Source: Emiliania huxleyi CCMP1516 (lineage: Eukaryota). Taken from it: a DNA stretch of 64,000 bases. Position numbers and translations under genes: made by a program. The stretch covers positions 248,001-312,000 of the forward strand of contig NW_005202427.1 in NCBI RefSeq assembly GCF_000372725.1, written 5' to 3'. Shown piece by piece: positions 11,196-20,895 of the stretch (positions are counted from its first letter, which is position 1; each line of letters opens with the position of its first letter). The notes beneath the pieces were generated by a model. It was given only the letters and a program-made list of their open reading frames with translations. It ran no database searches and was not told the DNA's origin.

Positions 11196-13233
11196 ATGCT
11201 TGCTCGCTCGCGCAGTCAGCTCTTCCTCGCGATCACCACCACCTCCGCCTTGTCGCTGTCCCGCTGCGTGCCGCCCTCGTCCCGCGCGCCGGTGCTGCAC
11301 CGGCGCTCGGCCGGCTCGGCCGTATTCATGCAGGCTGGCGCGGCAGCCGGAGGCAAGCGCGCCGCTCGGCGGAGGCGCGGCCAGCCTCAGCCGGCGTCGC
11401 ACGCGCCGGCGGCATCGGCGCAGTCGCCTCCCACTGGGCTCGCGAGCGGCCCGGCGGGCGAGTTTGCAGGCTCGCTTCGTGCGTGCGTCCGCAACAAGCA
11501 GCCGCACAAGGCGCGTGAGCTGTACGACGCGGCCGACGGCGCGGTCCTGCCGGTGGGCGAGAGCTACGCCGCGGTGATGCGCGCGCTGCTCAAGCTGTCT
11601 CGTGTCGACCTCGCGCTGCAGCTGCACCGCGACCACACGCACGCGCACCCCTTGCTCGCGGACGGCAACACGACCGCCGTGCTCTTCTCTCGGCTGCTCC
11701 GGCGCGGCACCTCCGCCGCGGCCGACGGGGTGGCCGAGGCGACGGCGCTGCTCGCGGACATCGACGCGCGCTCGCCGCCGCCGCGTGACACGTGCTCTGC
11801 GCCGCCCTCTCCCGCCTCCCAAACGGCGAGGCTTGCAGACGCGCTCGCCGGCCAAGCGCCCCTCTGGGTCGCTGCGAGCCGGTCGATGCTGCCGGCTCTC
11901 GCCCTCGAGCAGCTACGGCGCGGCGACGCGCCGGCGGCCGAGGCGGTGGCGCTCAGGTTCGCGCGCACGGCTCGCGCGGCTGCGGCGGCGGCTCCTCCCC
12001 TCGAGACACTCAAGGCTCTGACGCGCGCGTTTGGCAAGGCGCGCGGCGCGGGGGTGGGCGTGTGTAGTGGCCGTGCCCAGGACGCGGCCACGCCGTCTCG
12101 CGTAGGCGCGTTGCGTGGGCGGCGTCTACGCCTGCCTCGAGGCGGCCGAGAGCGGCGGCATCGCTCCCGACGCAGAGCTGCTGCAGGCGACCCGCCCCGG
12201 CCCCGGCCCTGCCCCCGCCCCGGCCCCCGCCCCGGCCTCCGCCCTGGCCCTACCCCCGCCCCGCCGCCGCCTCCACCCCCGCGGAGAGACGCGCGCCGGC
12301 GAGCGGCTCAACTGCAGCCCCTTCCCCCGCACCCCTCGCCACCGACCCCTATAGACTGCCCCTTCCCCGAGACGTCGTGATCTCTCCCCCCCCACACCCA
12401 CACCTCCCCGCACCTCCCGCAGGTGCTCGTCGACGCGCTCGTCCACGCCGTGCGCTTCGTCAAGGGCGGCGTCTCGATGGAGACCCTGCCCACCGGCGGC
12501 CTCGCCGAGGTCGCTTTCGTCGGCCGCTCCAACGTCGGCAAGAGCTCGCTCGTCAACATGGTGCTCGGACGGCGCGCGATCGCGTACACCTCAAAGACGC
12601 CGGGCAAGACGCAGCAGTACAACTACTTTGCCGTCAACGAGGGGCGGGCAGGCGTGCGGAAGCGGGGGCGAGAGGAGAGCGGAGGAGAGGAGAGGAAAGG
12701 CGCACTCCCACCCTCTCCGCCACCGCCTTGCCTCCTCGACCCCCCCCCCCCCTTCCCCCTGCCCCCGCCCGCTGCCAGTCGGCTCGTTCCACCTCGTCGA
12801 CATGCCCGGCCTCGGCTTCGCTAAGGTCGCGGCGCCGCTCCGCGCGCGCTGGAACGCCTTCCTCTCCGAGTACTTTGCGTCGCGGAGAGAGCTGCGGATG
12901 GTGGTGCACCTCATCGACTCGCAGGTGCCGCTTCAGGAGACAGACGTGTCAATCATGCAGATGGTTGGAGCTGCCGTGGCCGCGCGCTCCGAGCAGGAGG
13001 GGAGTGGGCTGGCACCCCCGCTGGACTACGCGGTGGTGCTGACCAAGGCGGACAAGAATGACGGCCGGGTGAGCAGCCGGACAGTGGATCAGGTGCGGCG
13101 TGCGCTGGAGTCGGCGGGCTGTCCTGCTGCGACACCGCTCGTGCCCTCGAGCGCCAAGACGAGGATGGGCCGCGAGGCGGTGTGGATGCTGCTGCGGGAG
13201 GTGATGAGCGAGGTGAGGCTGGAGGAGTCGTGA
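11196..13233 (+). CDS. engB: EngB/YsxC/YihA ribosome-biogenesis GTPase with long helical N-terminal extension, probably organelle-targeted
   Basis: G1 GRSNVGKSSL, G2 SKTPGKT, G3 DMPG, G4 TKADK, G5 SSAK. Three introns (~12040-12105, ~12188-12423, ~12648-12778). N-terminus is signal/transit-like. Confidence 0.85.
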
Positions 13234-13444
13234 GATATGTCAAAAACATCAGCAGCAGGTGCAGAGCTGTGGCACAGCTCACACAGGCGTCAGAGGGCGG
13301 TGCACCCCGTCCCTCTCCGCCTCTCGCACTCCGGTCTGCGCAGACTGCACAGGACACCTCTCAGCACTCAGGGGATCGATCAGGACTCTCTCGCACCTCC
13401 GTCTCAGAGTCGGAGAGCAGAGAGCACGAGAGAGATGGCCCCAG

Positions 13445-14777
13445 CCGGCACCAACTTGATTCCCGGATGCGCGTCTCACGGCCGGGTCACGGGACGGGGA
13501 GGGAGGGGGGTGGATCCGTAAATCCGTAAATCCGTAAATTTGTAACCAAAAGCCACCAGAGAGTCCCCCACCACACCCAGCTACCAGGCAGGCAGAGACA
13601 CAGCACTCGCGACTTGCTGAGAAGCCGGGGGCTGGCCTCTCCAATGCTCGCGCAGCGCTGTCTGCACGCGCAGCGCTCTCCGGGGTCCGGGCGGCCCACA
13701 CGGTGGGAGGGTCGACGACCGTACGACTGTAACGCTACGTATATCTCTTAACAATCACTATATTCGTGCTTGCCGAGCTGCGCCTCTGCGAGTGCGACTA
13801 TCAACCCCTCACGCGTGCGCATAATCCCCTCCATCTTGTCGTACAGCCTTGACCTCTCCGCCTCTGCGGCATCAGCGCGCCTCGCCTCTGCCTCCATCGA
13901 AATCTGCAGCGCGTCGAGCTGCTCGCGCAGCTCGGTCTGCATCTTGGCCCGCATCTCGCCGATACGCCACTCACACTCAGCTCGAGCTGCATGATTTGCC
14001 TGGTCGGCCATCCGCTCGGCCGCTTTGATGTCGCGTTTAGCAGCCTGCTGCGCTCTCCTCAGGTTGTCGCAGTCGGAGCGCCTCAGCTCTTGTGCCGCAG
14101 CAAGCTCATCCCGCGCCGACGCGAGCGCCTTCTTCATAGCGTTCGCAGAGCGCTGCTCAGAAGCGAGCTCCTTGGTCTGTGACCGCAACTTCTCTTCCAA
14201 CTCCTGCCGGAGCAGCATCTCAGCAGTCGCACTACTCGCGGCTGCATGGATGTCCGAGCCCTTTAGCGTGGTTTGCGCGTCTGTGCTGACGAGAGTGCGG
14301 GAGAAGCTGCCCTTGTGCTGCACAGAGATTACGCCAGCGGTAGCAGTGCTGCCTGGGGACACAACAACATTGCTCGTGGCCGAGCTGGCATAAGCCGCCG
14401 CACCAGCCTCTGCGGCTGCAGCGGTGCTTCGGACCGCGTCGACCACTGCGCCTGTATCGTGCATGAGCACAGCCTCGAACGTACTGAGGTCGGCTATCCC
14501 GAGTTCGTTGAGCATGCGCTCCAGCACAATGCTGAGCTGCGTCGGTGCCATTTGTCGACGTGTCCAAGGGAACGGACGTCGCCGAAAGTCCTTGTTCACG
14601 CCGAAAAGTACGTCTAACGCCTCCTGCTAGCTGGGGCACGCTCCCATGCGGCTGGGGGCCGCTCTCCAGGTCGATTAGGGCGCTTTTCGCGCGATTTTAC
14701 GGAATTACGGATTGGAGGGGGGTGGCGTCACATAGTGGGAGGGGGAGACGCGCATCCGGGAATCAAGTTGGTGCCGG
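13445..14777. mobile_element. Non-autonomous TIR element (33-bp TIR, 3-bp CAG TSD; PIF/Harbinger-like) carrying an ORF
   Basis: ccggcaccaacttgattcccggatgcgcgtctc (13445-13477) inverted at 14745-14777; cag at 13442-13444 and 14778-14780; subterminal atccgtaa x3 on the left, ttacgga x2 on the right. Confidence 0.85.
13748..14551 (-). CDS. Coiled-coil ORF inside TIR element
   Basis: ~267-aa intronless ORF with heptad-rich C-terminal half; no DDE motif recognised. Confidence 0.4.
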   Translation of the reverse strand: MAPTQLSIVLERMLNELGIADLSTFEAVLMHDTGAVVDAVRSTAAAAEAGAAAYASSATSNVVVSPGSTATAGVISVQHKGSFSRTLVSTDAQTTLKGSDIHAAASSATAEMLLRQELEEKLRSQTKELASEQRSANAMKKALASARDELAAAQELRRSDCDNLRRAQQAAKRDIKAAERMADQANHAARAECEWRIGEMRAKMQTELREQLDALQISMEAEARRADAAEAERSRLYDKMEGIMRTREGLIVALAEAQLGKHEYSDC

Positions 14778-15267
14778 CAGGTGCACCGCGTGCTCCTCGC
14801 TGCGCCGTTACCGTACCTGTTAGAGCGGTGTTTACGATTTACCGGATAGTTACCCCGCGCTTCTAAATAGCCGTACCGAGGTGACGCAGGTGTGCGCTCG
14901 ACGTGCGACACGACCGACGAGCGACGTCACCCGAGCCGAGGGTGTGCGGCGTGCGGCGCGTGCGCGCGTCGGTGGGTCTCTGTGACTGTGTGTGTGACTG
15001 TGTGGCCGACTCGGCTCTCGCGTCTCGGGCTCTCGCGCGACTCTCGCGTCTCGGCGGCCACACCCAGGGCCCACGGACCCCGCCGCTCTGTGCGGCTGCC
15101 TTGAAGTGAGTCATGACTCGTGTGCGGTCGTGAGTGCCCCTAACTAACTACAAGTACTCAGTCACACCTCCACGAGTGCTCCAAGTGTCGACACCCCAAG
15201 TGCACCGCAGATGGACGAAGGTCACCCTCACTCCGCACCGGCCCGCCGGCGGTGCGCACAAGCGGCC

Positions 15268-16845
15268 TCACACGTCGGCGTTGATAATCACGTACTCGCG
15301 CGAGGAGTAGCCGAACCGTAGCACATCCTGCGGCAGCAGCTCGACGTACTTCTCGGGCTCGATCTTCTCGCCGTTGATGAAGGAGCCGTTGGTGGAGCCT
15401 GCCGGGAGGGGGGAGGGTCCCGCTCGGTGCGGAGGCGGGACATCCGCGGAGGGCTGGGGAGGTGGACAGTGGAGGGTAGCTGTGGGCTCTCTCCACCTAG
15501 ATCCATCAGGTAGGGCCGCACGAGCTTGCCGGTGTCGCTCTTTGCCGTCAGCCGGAACTGGAGCACGGCGTGCTGCCCCTGCGGCGGCGGCAAGGCGGAG
15601 CTGTGGCTCGACCCAGGGGGCCGCTCTTCCGGCCTCTGGCGGGCGTGGTGGGCGGGCGGGACGAGACGGGCGGGGCGGGACGGGCGAGGGCCGGGGTGGG
15701 CGGGCAGGAGGGGGCATGGGCAGAGGGAGCACCGAGCAGGAGGGGTGGTCGAGTGGCAGGTCGACCACACGCCGCTCCCGGCCGAGGAGGTACGAGCTTT
15801 GCCGGTGTATGTGGTACGGCTCGAGCGCCTGACCGGAGGCAGTCGATCCGTCAGAGTACGCTCTGCCGGCTCTCGTGCTCTCGAGCGCACGGTGGGGCTG
15901 GACACGACTGCTACGCGCGCAAGCACGGCTCTCCTCCGCGCGCCTCTTTGCCCTTGAAGACGTAGAGCCGCCAGTGCTTTGTCGGCTTGGCGGCGTCCGA
16001 CGGCTCCGCGGACTTGAGCACGACGCCGTTGACGGTGTTGCTCGCCTCGGCGAGCTTGCCTGCGCCGCGGCACGGGAATGGGGGCAGGCGCCGCTCAGCG
16101 AACGGTGGGCAGGCTGGCGCGGCCCGCATCTACGCAGACCGGTGCGCGCAAAGTTTGGCTGCTGCTTGGGCGCCGCCTCCTCCTCCTCCTCCTCCTCGGG
16201 CCCGCCGCGCTCGAGCGGCTCGAGCTTACCCCACGCGAAGGAGCCGTCCGCGTTGCGCGGCGCCCCGTCCTCCGCCTCCGCCTCGTTGCGACGACCTCTG
16301 CGCGGCGCCTCGTCTCCCAAGTCGGCGCCGGTGGACTGGTCGACCTGACGGAGCGAGAGCGAGACCTTGGCCGGGTCCTCGCTCGGCAGCACCTTGACCC
16401 ACACGTCCTGGCCCTCGGTCAGCACCTCCTCCACGCTCTCCACCCGCCGAGGCGCCAGCTGCGAGATGTGAACCAGCCCGTGCTTCCGGTAGCCGTCGAG
16501 CGCCACAAACGCGCCAAAGGGACGGATGCTCACCACCCTGCCGCGAAAGATGGCGCCCGCCGGCGGAAGCGCCTCGGGCTCCTCCGCGCGCCGAGGTGGG
16601 CGGCCTGCGCCGTGACGCGCTGCCGGCGATGCGCTCCTGCGGCGGCGGCCGTCCGGAGAGGGCGACCGCCGGCGGCGGCGTGGCTCGGAGGAGTCGCGCG
16701 AGCGAGAGCGGCGCCGGCGCCGGCGTGGCTCTGACGACGGCGACGGCGAGCGGCGCCGGCGCGGCGACGACGAGGGCGATCCCCGCCTGCGCGGGGAGTT
16801 AGAGCGCGAGCGCGAACGCGAGCCCCGCGAGGAGGAGCGCGACAT
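15268..16845 (-). CDS. SNIP1: RS-rich + S1 RNA-binding + FHA protein, SNIP1/Pml1/DAWDLE-like
   Basis: S1: IFRGRVVSIRPFGAFVAL..GLVHISQL..VWVKVL..KVSLSLRQVDQSTG. SNIP1-type region: PNFARTGKLAEASNTVNGVVLK..WRLYVFK..HIHRQSSYLLGRERRVVDLPLDHPSCS-QHAVLQFR..PYLMDLGSTNGSFING..DVLRFGYSSREYV. Four introns. Confidence 0.85.
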   Translation of the reverse strand: MSRSSSRGSRSRSRSNSPRRRGSPSSSPRRRRSPSPSSEPRRRRRRSRSRDSSEPRRRRRSPSPDGRRRRSASPAARHGAGRPPRRAEEPEALPPAGAIFRGRVVSIRPFGAFVALDGYRKHGLVHISQLAPRRVESVEEVLTEGQDVWVKVLPSEDPAKVSLSLRQVDQSTGADLGDEAPRRGRRNEAEAEDGAPRNADGSFAWGKLEPLERGGPEEEEEEEAAPKQQPNFARTGLRRCGPRQPAHRSLSGACPHSRAAAQASSPRRATPSTASCSSPRSRRTPPSRQSTGGSTSSRAKRRAEESRACARSSRVQPHRALESTRAGRAYSDGSTASGQALEPYHIHRQSSYLLGRERRVVDLPLDHPSCSVLPLPMPPPARPPRPSPVPPRPSRPARPPRPPEAGRAAPWVEPQLRLAAAAGAARRAPVPADGKERHRQARAALPDGSRWREPTATLHCPPPQPSADVPPPHRAGPSPLPAGSTNGSFINGEKIEPEKYVELLPQDVLRFGYSSREYVIINADV

Positions 16846-17320
16846 GGATAAAAGGCCTCGCACAACACTGGGCACGGGGCGCGCGGGACTGGCGCGCACT
16901 AACAAAGGTGCACAAAAAGAATTTCTTTCCTTTTTTTGGGTTCTCTCTTTTGTTTCTTTTTATTTTGGGGGTGCATCATTCGAGAGAGAGAGAGATTTTC
17001 TTTCCATCATTCGTGCCATTTTTTTGCGAAAACAAAGACAGCAGTGGGTGTGCGCTTCTCACTTAGCCCAGGCCCTGGATGTGAGGAACAGTGAGGTTAA
17101 TGACCGCACTTCCAAGTGCTCCAAGTTACAAAAAAACTCTCTCTCGCAACAACTTGGCGGCACGGGACTGGCGCGCACTGCCACCTGGCACTAGGCAAAG
17201 AAATTTCTTTCTTTCACCCCAAGCCAACCCATGGCGGGGACCTGCTCCCTTTTACCCATGTCTGTGACGTGAACCGTGCGTTTTCACTTATTTCGGCATC
17301 GCATCTCTGCATCGGGTGGC

Positions 17321-19522
17321 TTAATCCGCCCCTCGGCACTTCTTCTTCTTCCAGCGGCATGCCTCCCGCTGCTTGCACTTCTTCTTCGTGGTGAATATCG
17401 AGCAGTCCTCGGGCGAGGGAGGGGGCGTTCCACACTCCTCGGGTGTGGTGGGGCCAGACCAAATACAGTCGCAGTTATCCCTACAGCCGAGGCACTGGTC
17501 CTCTGTGCACGAGTGGCTGCTGGAGCAGCCAGCACCTGCAGTCAAGCACGCTTGCTGAGAGCCACACCCGAAATTGACGTTGCTCGTGGGGTTACCTCCG
17601 CTGAAGTGCCCGCATCGGCTGTCGTTGCCGGAGCAGACACCAAGCGGGTGGCATGCCGGGACGGGCGGCGGCGGCAATGATATCGCGGACGGCGGCGACG
17701 GCGACGGCGAGGCGGAGGGGGGCGGCGGTGAGGGTCGCGCAACGCACTTCTTCTTCTTCCAGCGGCATGACTCCCGCTGCTTGCACTTCTTCTTCGTGGT
17801 GAACGTCGAGCAGTCCTCGGGCGAGGGAGGGGGCGGCGGCGGCGATGAGACGGAGGGGGGCGGCGGTGAGGGTCGCGCAACGCACTTCTTCTTCTTCCAG
17901 CGGCATGACTCCCGCTGCTTGCACTTCTTCTTCGTGGTGAACGTCGAGCAGTCGGCGGGCGGCGGCGGCGGCGACGACGACGATGGTGGCGGGGGCGTTG
18001 GTGGCGGGGTTGGCGGCGACGGTGGCGACTGTGGCGACTGTGACGGCGAGGGTGGAGCCTTGCAATGGGAACCGTGTACATCCATGTACGTACAGCCTTG
18101 CATGCACCGCTCGATGTTTAAGGGCGTTCCCGCATCGTCATACAAGTCAGTGCACGCCGCTCGGCACTCCGTCAGGTCGCAGCACACGTAATCGCGAGTT
18201 GTTGTCCCGCAATTATGACAGTTGTTGCTGCCCCCCGACCAGCCGCGTTTGTAAGCCAAGCAGCCATTATCCCCCTTACTGTAATCTTGCTCGTTCCGGC
18301 AGTTGCTGTAAACTGCATCACAGTCAACGGGCGGCGGAGACGGCGGTGGAGGCGACGGTGGAGGTGGCGACGGTGGCAGTGGCGGCGGCGATGCTGGTGA
18401 GGGCGCTGAGGGAGGCGGTGGCGAAGGAGGCGGGGATGAGAGAGGCGAGCTTGGCGGTGGTGGCGCAATCTGTCCCGGGGAGAGAGGAGGCGGCAACGAG
18501 GGCGGTGGCGGCGAAGGCGGCGGCGAGGGTGGAGGAGGCGAGGGCGGCGGGGGAGACGGCGGGGATGGCGGAGGGCAGATTAGCGCACCCACGTTCGTCT
18601 CCCCTGCGAACTGTTGCCTGTTGCCGCCAGATGATGATCTGCCAAAGCCAAGCGTGAAGCTGGACCTGTCTGAGTAGATAAATCGGACCGAGTTGGACTG
18701 CTGCTCATCAGTCATCGACAGCGGGTCGGTGACATCGTCGACGCTAGTCACGTCAGGATCAGCATCCCATCGCAGTCCTGACGCCGTCATGCCGTCTGGG
18801 GAGTGGGAAGTTGGCCCTTGGAGGTGATCCGTCTCGTTTCCCGCCCCGCAGCAACTTGTCTCACACCCACCGCAAAAGTAGGTGTCATGCTCAGCTGCAG
18901 CCCAAAGGTACTCCTCGTTTCCGACGTCAAAGACCTGTACCCGAGGCCGACAGAGTATAGGGCACGCCATGGGGCTGTGGTCGGTGGGACAGCGCATGCC
19001 ACGCACCGAGAAGGAATACAGAGGCAGGGTAACAGGATCGCCGCTGTCGAACTCAAAGCTAAAGGTGACCGGGTGTATCTGCAAAGGCGGTGGCGGAGCG
19101 GGCCGTGGCAAGTTAGTGAAGGCGAGGGCAGTGGTAATGGGCAACGCAGGTCGGGTGAGGGCCTCTTTCTTCCTGATGAAGAAGTCGACCGTGCCGGAGG
19201 CCGAGTTGATGGCAATGCTGCATGGCGCCTCAGCTCCCCCCTCAGCATCAGACTTGCAGTTCGGATCGTCTCCGTTGGCCAATGCAGACGTCAGCTTCAG
19301 GTTGTAATGCTGACCGTCAAAGGTGCCGACCTTGTCTATCAACGCGTACTTGTCGCTCGCGGAGTTGCGGCCGCCTACATTGTTGTGCGAGATACCCGCC
19401 GGTGCACCAAACGTGATAGTCACTGCATCGCATTCTGACAGCTGCCGTCGAGTGATTCGCGGATGGATGGCTGCAGAAATGGTGGGCTCGGGCGGCGATG
19501 GAAATGGCGAGGCTTGTGGCAT
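17321..19522 (-). CDS. Extensin-like Pro-rich extracellular protein with Cys modules and three Lys/Cys repeats (5' end uncertain)
   Basis: SPPPP tracts; DCSTFTTKKKCKQRESCRWKKKKC x3; in-frame introns 19079-19162 (GC-AG) and 18935-19006 (GT-AG); N-terminal globular region (HNNVGG..FSVFD..DPLSMTDEQQSNSV..FAGETN). Confidence 0.7.
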   Translation of the reverse strand: MPQASPFPSPPEPTISAAIHPRITRRQLSECDAVTITFGAPAGISHNNVGGRNSASDKYALIDKVGTFDGQHYNLKLTSALANGDDPNCKSDAEGGAEAPCSIAINSASGTVDFFIRKKEALTRPALPITTALAFTNLPRPAPPPPLQIHPVTFSFEFDSGDPVTLPLYSFSVRGMRCPTDHSPMACPILCRPRVQVFDVGNEEYLWAAAEHDTYFCGGCETSCCGAGNETDHLQGPTSHSPDGMTASGLRWDADPDVTSVDDVTDPLSMTDEQQSNSVRFIYSDRSSFTLGFGRSSSGGNRQQFAGETNVGALICPPPSPPSPPPPSPPPPSPPPSPPPPSLPPPLSPGQIAPPPPSSPLSSPPPSPPPPSAPSPASPPPLPPSPPPPSPPPPSPPPVDCDAVYSNCRNEQDYSKGDNGCLAYKRGWSGGSNNCHNCGTTTRDYVCCDLTECRAACTDLYDDAGTPLNIERCMQGCTYMDVHGSHCKAPPSPSQSPQSPPSPPTPPPTPPPPSSSSPPPPPADCSTFTTKKKCKQRESCRWKKKKCVARPSPPPPSVSSPPPPPPSPEDCSTFTTKKKCKQRESCRWKKKKCVARPSPPPPSASPSPSPPSAISLPPPPVPACHPLGVCSGNDSRCGHFSGGNPTSNVNFGCGSQQACLTAGAGCSSSHSCTEDQCLGCRDNCDCIWSGPTTPEECGTPPPSPEDCSIFTTKKKCKQREACRWKKKKCRGAD

Positions 19523-19774
19523 TGTGACGATGGCGAGGGCGGTGGTGGCGGCGATAGCGGTAGTGTCGGTGGCGGCAGTACTGTCGGAGGGGTGCACAGG
19601 CCGGTCGTTTCTCCACCAACGGACGCACGCCGTCGCGAGCTCCCATGTTCTCCGCTGCGCGAATACTTTTTTACTGCCGAAGACGAGGCGGGGCAGGCGC
19701 CAGGAGAAACCCCGGACACTGTTGCTGTACGTGTTTCTGGCGTGTTTCAAGGCAGACACACAGAGAGACGGGCT

Positions 19775-20809
19775 GGCTCCGGCTCAGGTCGTGGGGCATA
19801 GCTCGGGTGTAAACAGGGTCTGGGGCGGGCGGCCCGCCGCAGGCGCCGCCGGAGGCTGGCCCGCCGCAGGCGCCGATTTTTTGGCGTTTTTTTGCTCAAA
19901 ATCGAGATATTTCTCATCAAATTCTCATCAAAATCGAGCTCGCTACGAGCTCTCTAACTGCACAGCATCTCCTCGTTGAGCCTAGCGGCGCCCGTATCGC
20001 CCACGCCCACATTCTTCTTCTTCTTCTTGCCCTTCTTGCTCTTGGCCCTTGCTGCACTTAGCCGCTCAACCTCCGCCAGCAGCAGCTCCTTGGCATGCCG
20101 CGCCGCCTCCATCTGCTTTGCTTCCCACGCTGCCGCTTCCTCTCTAAAGCATCGCCGCCACAGGAGCGGCGCAACTAAGTTCTCGCATTGTTTGCATGAG
20201 CACGTGTCCTGCTTGGCGCGGCGCACAATCCGCGTGCGGCGAGTGAGGTGCGTGAGAGCAGAAGACTGACAGCAGGAGCTGCAGGAGCTGCAGGAGCTGC
20301 GCAGGTCAGATGGGCGGTGACGCCGTCGAGCGACGGCGCAAAGGCCAATCGCTGCTGCTGCGCCAACGAGAGCGGCGACACGAGGCTGCTGGCAGCTGGC
20401 AGAGCGAATCGCGATTCCGGCGGCCGCCGTCAGCCCGCCGACACCGACGGCCTGGCTGAGGTCAAACTCCTCCACACGTCGGACCACGCGTCGGCCACGG
20501 CGACGAGACGTCTGTATGCAGACAGCCCGACACCCGGGCGATGGAAGATGCCAGCTGGGCTCTACCAGGGCTCTCGTGGCCCGTGGCGCGTGCCCAGTGG
20601 AACAGGGCGGTCTGCGGCGGGCGCATATACAAACATTCACAGCTAATGAAAACCGGAAACACTAAAGTCTGCAGAAGAGTTCTAGCGGTCTTCGTGCTCA
20701 GAAGGATCAAGAGAGCTCTATTCACACCCTTTGTGCGTTGAAGACCAGAGGCAATGTTTGTTTACACCCAACCGACGAGTGGCTGGGCCCTCTGACCTGA
20801 GCTGGAGCC
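19775..20809. mobile_element. Non-autonomous TIR element with 3-bp GCT TSD, containing ORF 19954-20640
   Basis: ggctccggctcaggtc (19775-19790) vs gacctgagctggagcc (20794-20809), 1 mismatch; inner gggtgtaaaca/tgtttacaccc; gct flanks both ends; carries the gcccgccgcaggcgccgatttttt motif. Confidence 0.65.
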
Positions 20810-20895
20810 GCTTAAACCCCATCGTGCAGGAAACACGGCTGGTTTCTTGAAAAGCTCCAAGGCGATGCAAAAGTGTTCTTCCTGCAACCGGGGAA

